A DNA stretch of 32,000 bases from Candidatus Saccharimonadota bacterium (GTDB lineage Bacteria; Pseudomonadota; Gammaproteobacteria; Enterobacterales; Enterobacteriaceae): assembly GCA_000217635.1 (NCBI GenBank), contig CP001817.1, forward strand, positions 120,001-152,000, written 5' to 3'. Shown here piece after piece: positions 28,208-32,000 of this stretch. The translations under genes were made by a program, and so were the position numbers. Positions within the stretch are counted from its first letter, which is position 1. Each line of letters begins with the position of its first letter. The notes below the pieces were generated by a model. It saw only the letters and a list, made by a program, of their open reading frames with translations. It had not been told where the DNA came from and did not search any database.

Positions 28208-29299
28208 ATGGGTTTTAAATGTGGAATTGTTGGACTTCCAAATGTTGGAAAATCAACATTATTTAATATGATGACTAATTTACAAGTGCCTGCAGAGAAT
28301 TTTCCTTTTTGTACAATTAAACCAAATATTGGAATTATTCCGGTTATTGATCAACGATTAAAAGAAATATCTAGTTTTTTATTATCTAAAAAAATTATAT
28401 ATACTAATATAAATTTTTTTGATATCGCAGGATTAGTAAAAGGTGCTTCTACAGGATCAGGATTAGGAAATAGTTTTTTAGAAAATATTAAACAATGTAA
28501 TGCAATATTACATATGGTACGTTGTTTTAATAATGATAATATTACTCATATATATCATAATATAGATCCAGAGAGAGATATAGATATAATTAATATGGAG
28601 CTATTATTATCTGATTTATCAGTATGTGAAAAGTATCTAATTAAAACACGTATTATTAATAGAAAATTAGAAAATGTTAAAAAAGGTATAAATTTAATAA
28701 ATTTTTGTATATGTAATTTAAAAGCCGGAATACCTTTAAGAGAAGTCATACTTTCTAAAAGTGATCATTTTTTTTTAGAAGATTTTAAATTATTAACATT
28801 AAAACCAATGATGTATATTTTAAATGCCGATATTCATAAAGATTCTAAAGTAATGGTTACCAAGATATTAAGTAAATTTAAAGATAAAAATGTTACAATT
28901 TTACCACTTATTATTAAAAATAATATTCCAATTAATAGTCAGTCTATAAATTTTTTGCAAAAAAAAACATATGATCTTGATAACATAAGTAATATAAATT
29001 TTTATGATATTATTCGAGAAGGTTATAAATTATTAAAATTAATTACTTTTTTTACTGCAGGTCCAAAAGAAACACGTGCATGGACATTAAAACAAGGCGC
29101 TACAATAAAAAAAGCATCTGGATTAATTCATACTGATTTTGAAAAAGGTTTTATTCGTGCACAGGTTATTTCTTATCATGATTTTATAGATTTTAAAGGA
29201 AATATGCGACATATTAAATTAGCAGGAAAAATGCGTATTGAAGGAAAAAAATATATCGTTCAAGACGGTGATATAGTGAATTTTTTATTTAATGTATAA
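28208..29299 (+). CDS. ychF: Ribosome-binding ATPase YchF
   Basis: The 363-aa ORF has the same length as in E. coli. It contains MGFKCGIVGLPNVGKSTLFN, NFPFCTI.PN, DIAGLVKGAS.G.GLGN.FL, FFTAGPKETRAWT, IHTDFEKGFIRAQVI and DGDIVNFLFNV. Confidence 0.97.
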   Translation: MGFKCGIVGLPNVGKSTLFNMMTNLQVPAENFPFCTIKPNIGIIPVIDQRLKEISSFLLSKKIIYTNINFFDIAGLVKGASTGSGLGNSFLENIKQCNAILHMVRCFNNDNITHIYHNIDPERDIDIINMELLLSDLSVCEKYLIKTRIINRKLENVKKGINLINFCICNLKAGIPLREVILSKSDHFFLEDFKLLTLKPMMYILNADIHKDSKVMVTKILSKFKDKNVTILPLIIKNNIPINSQSINFLQKKTYDLDNISNINFYDIIREGYKLLKLITFFTAGPKETRAWTLKQGATIKKASGLIHTDFEKGFIRAQVISYHDFIDFKGNMRHIKLAGKMRIEGKKYIVQDGDIVNFLFNV

Positions 29300-29347
29300 A
29301 AATATAGAAAAATAATTTTGATTTGATAAAAATTAAATTAATTAAAT

Positions 29348-29390
29348 TAGAGAGGATTATTAATTATTCCTCTCTAATATAATATTTTTT
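29348..29390. terminator. Bidirectional terminator candidate between convergent ychF and thrC
   Basis: TAGAGAGGA (29348-29356) and TCCTCTCTA (29368-29376) are exact reverse complements with an 11-nt loop. The hairpin is followed on the + strand by ATATAATATTTTTT and flanked on the other side by an A/T-rich run. Confidence 0.6.
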
Positions 29391-29392
29391 AG

Positions 29393-30682
29393 TTATAATG
29401 TGAATAAAAAATCTTTTAACTTTAAAAAATTTGGCTTCATATGATAAGAAAAGTTTGGTAAATGAGCTCTTTTTTCTAATGAATTAGGGCGCTTTAATTT
29501 GATATTTAATATTTTTTCTATTGTTTTTTGAAATTTAGCAGGATGTGCTGTGCCTAAAAACAACCCAAAATCTTTAGGATGTAATTTTTTTTTGAGTAAT
29601 CTGTATGCAATTGCTGCATGTGGTTCTGAAATGTATCCGATATGATATAACTTTTTTAATGTAGATTCTGTTTCTTGATCAGATACGCTACCATATCCTA
29701 AGCTTTTTAAATTCCATTTTTGGGTAGAAAAAAGTTCTTCTACTCTAGGCCAATTATTAGGTTGACTAATGTCCATAGCATTGGAAATTGTTGAGATAGT
29801 TTTATTTGGTTTCCATATACCATTATGAAGATATCTTGGAATCGTATCGTTAGCGTTAGTAGCGGCAATAAATGATTTTATGGGTAATCCCATAGCTTTT
29901 GCTAATAATCCTGCTGTTAAATTCCCAAAATTTCCGCATGGAACTGAAATTATAATGTTATTTCGTTGATTATTAGGAATTAACGCAAAAGCTTCAAAAT
30001 AATAACATATTTGAGCTAATAAACGACTAATATTAATTGAATTTGCTGAATTTAAACCAATTTTGTTTCGTAATTTTTTATCGTTAAAAGCTTGCTTTAC
30101 CAGGCTTTGGCAATCATCAAAGCTTCCATCAATAGCTATTGTATGGATATTTTTCCTAATGTACAAAATAATTTTTTCTTGCAATGTACTAATTTTTCCT
30201 TTTGGAAATAAAATTACTACACGAATATTATCCATACAATAAAACGCATGAGCAACAGCTGCACCAGTATCTCCTGAAGTAGCTGTTAAAATAGTCATTT
30301 CATCATCTTTGTTATTCCAATATGATAACATATTAGCCATAAAGCGAGCGCCAAAATCTTTAAAAGCTAAGGTGGGACCATGAAATAATTCTAAACAAGC
30401 AATATTTTTTTCTACTATATGTAAAAAAGGCGGTTTAAAAGAAAATGCATTTTTTACATTTTTTGTTAAATCATTTAATGAAATTTCATCTGATATAAAA
30501 TATGATAAAATATTTGCACTTCGGGTAATAAAATCCATTTCTGTTAGTTCTTCTAATTTTTTAGTATTAAATTTTGGTAAAGTTTTAGGAAAAAATAATC
30601 CTTGTTTTTTTCCTAAACCTAATTTAATTGCATAAGTAAAATTTACTTCTTCATGATGATCTTTTAAATTATATAATTTCAT
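29393..30682 (-). CDS. thrC: Threonine synthase
   Basis: The 429-aa ORF contains MKLYNLKDHHEEV, GLFFP, LELFHGPTLAFKDFGARFMA, TATSGDTGAAVAHAF, NSANSINISRLLAQICYYFEA and SQPNNWPRVEELF, colinear with E. coli ThrC (428 aa). Confidence 0.97.
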   Translation of the reverse strand: MKLYNLKDHHEEVNFTYAIKLGLGKKQGLFFPKTLPKFNTKKLEELTEMDFITRSANILSYFISDEISLNDLTKNVKNAFSFKPPFLHIVEKNIACLELFHGPTLAFKDFGARFMANMLSYWNNKDDEMTILTATSGDTGAAVAHAFYCMDNIRVVILFPKGKISTLQEKIILYIRKNIHTIAIDGSFDDCQSLVKQAFNDKKLRNKIGLNSANSINISRLLAQICYYFEAFALIPNNQRNNIIISVPCGNFGNLTAGLLAKAMGLPIKSFIAATNANDTIPRYLHNGIWKPNKTISTISNAMDISQPNNWPRVEELFSTQKWNLKSLGYGSVSDQETESTLKKLYHIGYISEPHAAIAYRLLKKKLHPKDFGLFLGTAHPAKFQKTIEKILNIKLKRPNSLEKRAHLPNFSYHMKPNFLKLKDFLFTL

Positions 30683-31619
30683 TTTCGGTTGTTCCTATTT
30701 TTCTTGCCCCACACCGATCTATCGTGCAAATATGGACAAATCCTTTTTCTTTTTCTCTGTAGTTTTTTAAAAACCAATTTTTTATTCTTTTAGCAATATT
30801 AATATTATTACAAATAGAAAATATAGTTGGTCCTGACCCTGAAATATTACATGTCAATGCGCCTAATTTAATAATTGTTTTTTTTATTTTTAAAAAATTA
30901 GGAATTAATGGAATACGATATGGTTCAGCAATAACATCGTTCATAACACGAATTGCTAAATTTGGTTGTTTGGTATACAAAGCATGGATAAAAGTTGATA
31001 AATTACGACTATTTTTTATACATATCTGTTGTGTATAGTTTTTTGGTAAAATTTTTCTAGCATTAGAGGTAGTAAGCTTTGTTCCTGGCCACGCAATTAC
31101 CCATATCCATTTTTTAAAAATAGGTAATGATTGTGTAAATCTTAGTTTATCTTCGGTAATTAATTGTATACCACCTAAATAACAAGGTGCAACATTGTCA
31201 TAATGGACAGACCCTGAAATACTTCCTTCTAATTTTCCCATTAATTTTAATAATTGTCTAGGGTTGAGTTTGGTATCATAAAAATGATCTAATGCTAAAA
31301 TAATAGATACAACAGAAGAAGCGCTTGATCCTAAACCAGATCCGATTGGCATATTCTTTTCTAATTTGACTTTAATAAAACTTTTTTTATTAGTTATAGT
31401 TTCAAATAATTTTATAGCTTTCCAAGTAATATTTTCTAAAATATTTTTAGGTAATTGTTTAGAAAATTTTCCGATATGATTAATTTCTAAATTTTTAGAT
31501 TTTTTTATTGATACAATATCTCCCAATAACGTTCCATCTATTGGTATAATAGCTGCTCCTAGAATATCAAATCCTACGCCAATATTTCCGATAGAAGCAG
31601 GAGCATAAAATTTTATCAT
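30669..31619 (-). CDS. thrB: Homoserine kinase
   Basis: The 316-aa ORF contains YAPASIGNIGVGFDILGAA, LEKNMPIGSGLGSSASS, HYDNVAPCYLGG, VIAEPYR and SGSGPTIF. Its 3' end overlaps the thrC start by 14 nt. Confidence 0.96.
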   Translation of the reverse strand: MIKFYAPASIGNIGVGFDILGAAIIPIDGTLLGDIVSIKKSKNLEINHIGKFSKQLPKNILENITWKAIKLFETITNKKSFIKVKLEKNMPIGSGLGSSASSVVSIILALDHFYDTKLNPRQLLKLMGKLEGSISGSVHYDNVAPCYLGGIQLITEDKLRFTQSLPIFKKWIWVIAWPGTKLTTSNARKILPKNYTQQICIKNSRNLSTFIHALYTKQPNLAIRVMNDVIAEPYRIPLIPNFLKIKKTIIKLGALTCNISGSGPTIFSICNNINIAKRIKNWFLKNYREKEKGFVHICTIDRCGARKIGTTENEII

Positions 31620-31637
31620 TTTTTAAAACTCCACAAG

Positions 31638-32000
31638 TTATGATATGGTACGTAATAAATCTGAAAAAATACCAGAAGCTGTTACGTTGTTTCCGGCTCC
31701 ATAACCACGTAAAATTAGAGGAATAGGATGATAATATTTAGTGTGAAATATTAATATATTTTCTCCATTTTTTATATTATATAATGGGTTTTTTTGACTT
31801 ACTGCGATTATTTTAACATTACATTCACCTGTATTTTTTATAGTTCCAACGAATCGCAGTACTTTTTTTCTTTTTTTTGCTTTTTGAAATCGTAAATTAA
31901 AACTTGCATCTAATTCTTTTAACCGAGACATAACTAATTTGATATCTTTAATTTTTTCAAAATTATCAGGTAATATTTTTTCTATTTTTATATCTGATAA
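31638..32000 (-). CDS. thrA: Bifunctional aspartokinase I / homoserine dehydrogenase I (C-terminal end only; the gene continues beyond the window)
   Basis: The frame is open from the window edge to TAA at 31638-31640. The C-terminus ...[25 protein letters not shown] matches E. coli ...AGNDVTAAGVFADLLRTLS. The thrA-thrB-thrC order is conserved. Confidence 0.9.
   Translation of the reverse strand, partial: LSDIKIEKILPDNFEKIKDIKLVMSRLKELDASFNLRFQKAKKRKKVLRFVGTIKNTGECNVKIIAVSQKNPLYNIKNGENILIFHTKYYHPIPLILRGYGAGNNVTASGIFSDLLRTIS

Noticed and set aside
1960-28749. Short tracked ORFs nested inside or antisense to the large genes: 1960-2154(-), 2638-2919(-), 4023-4250(-), 5273-5575(+), 6938-7234(-), 11291-11533(-), 13912-14169(+), 14864-15139(-), 15493-15675(+), 20868-21092(+), 28555-28749(-).
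   Set aside because: Each lies entirely within a well-supported conserved CDS in another frame or on the other strand. Each has low-complexity I/L/F/K/N-rich composition typical of AT-rich non-coding frames, and none shows a recognisable motif.
1-32000. Possible UGA-to-Trp recoding, as in some tiny endosymbiont genomes.
   Set aside because: nuoF (3033-3035), nuoK (8294-8296) and nuoL (10120-10122) terminate at TGA at the expected lengths. No conserved gene needs read-through of TGA, and prfA plus prmC are intact. The standard bacterial code fits.
1-32000. CRISPR arrays, IS elements, integrases, prophage, toxin-antitoxin or defence islands.
   Set aside because: None was seen. Every sizeable ORF is a conserved housekeeping gene in enterobacterial synteny. 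The only tandem repeat (16868-16903) is a 9-bp AT microsatellite without spacers.

Overview
By eye the window is about 80% A+T (not computed) and is tightly packed with small, colinear housekeeping genes. I found no mobile DNA, CRISPR array, prophage or defence/secretion cluster. Protein sequences and gene order are: nuoCD-E-F-G-H-I-J-K-L-M-N, prs, prfA-prmC-sirB1, ackA-pta, gyrA, ahpC, ung, a grpE remnant, ssrA, grxD, rnt, pth-ychF, thrC-thrB-thrA. This is a strongly reduced gammaproteobacterial insect endosymbiont and matches what I recall of Buchnera aphidicola chromosomes (recollection, not a search). The standard code applies: nuoF, nuoK and nuoL end in TGA. I cannot support any novel multi-gene system here; this is core genome. 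Six things deserve a second look. (1) Five otherwise intact genes (nuoE, nuoG, nuoM, nuoN, sirB1) are each broken by one frameshift. Four of them coincide with the only long A or T tract in the permitted interval; nuoM's lies in a T6/T8 pair and cannot be pinned to one run. In all five, a 1-nt length change restores near-perfect colinearity with E. coli. These are either assembly homopolymer miscalls or genes that depend on polymerase slippage. (2) Unusually long in-frame tracts (A10 to A16) sit in ung, prmC, prfA, pth, nuoI, nuoH and nuoN. (3) grpE is a genuine multi-lesion pseudogene and serves as an internal contrast. (4) pta is cut down to its catalytic C-terminal domain. (5) The tmRNA gene has tag AKQNNYALAA and no encoded CCA. 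(6) A few GC-containing or perfect AT hairpins lie at operon and convergent-gene boundaries.
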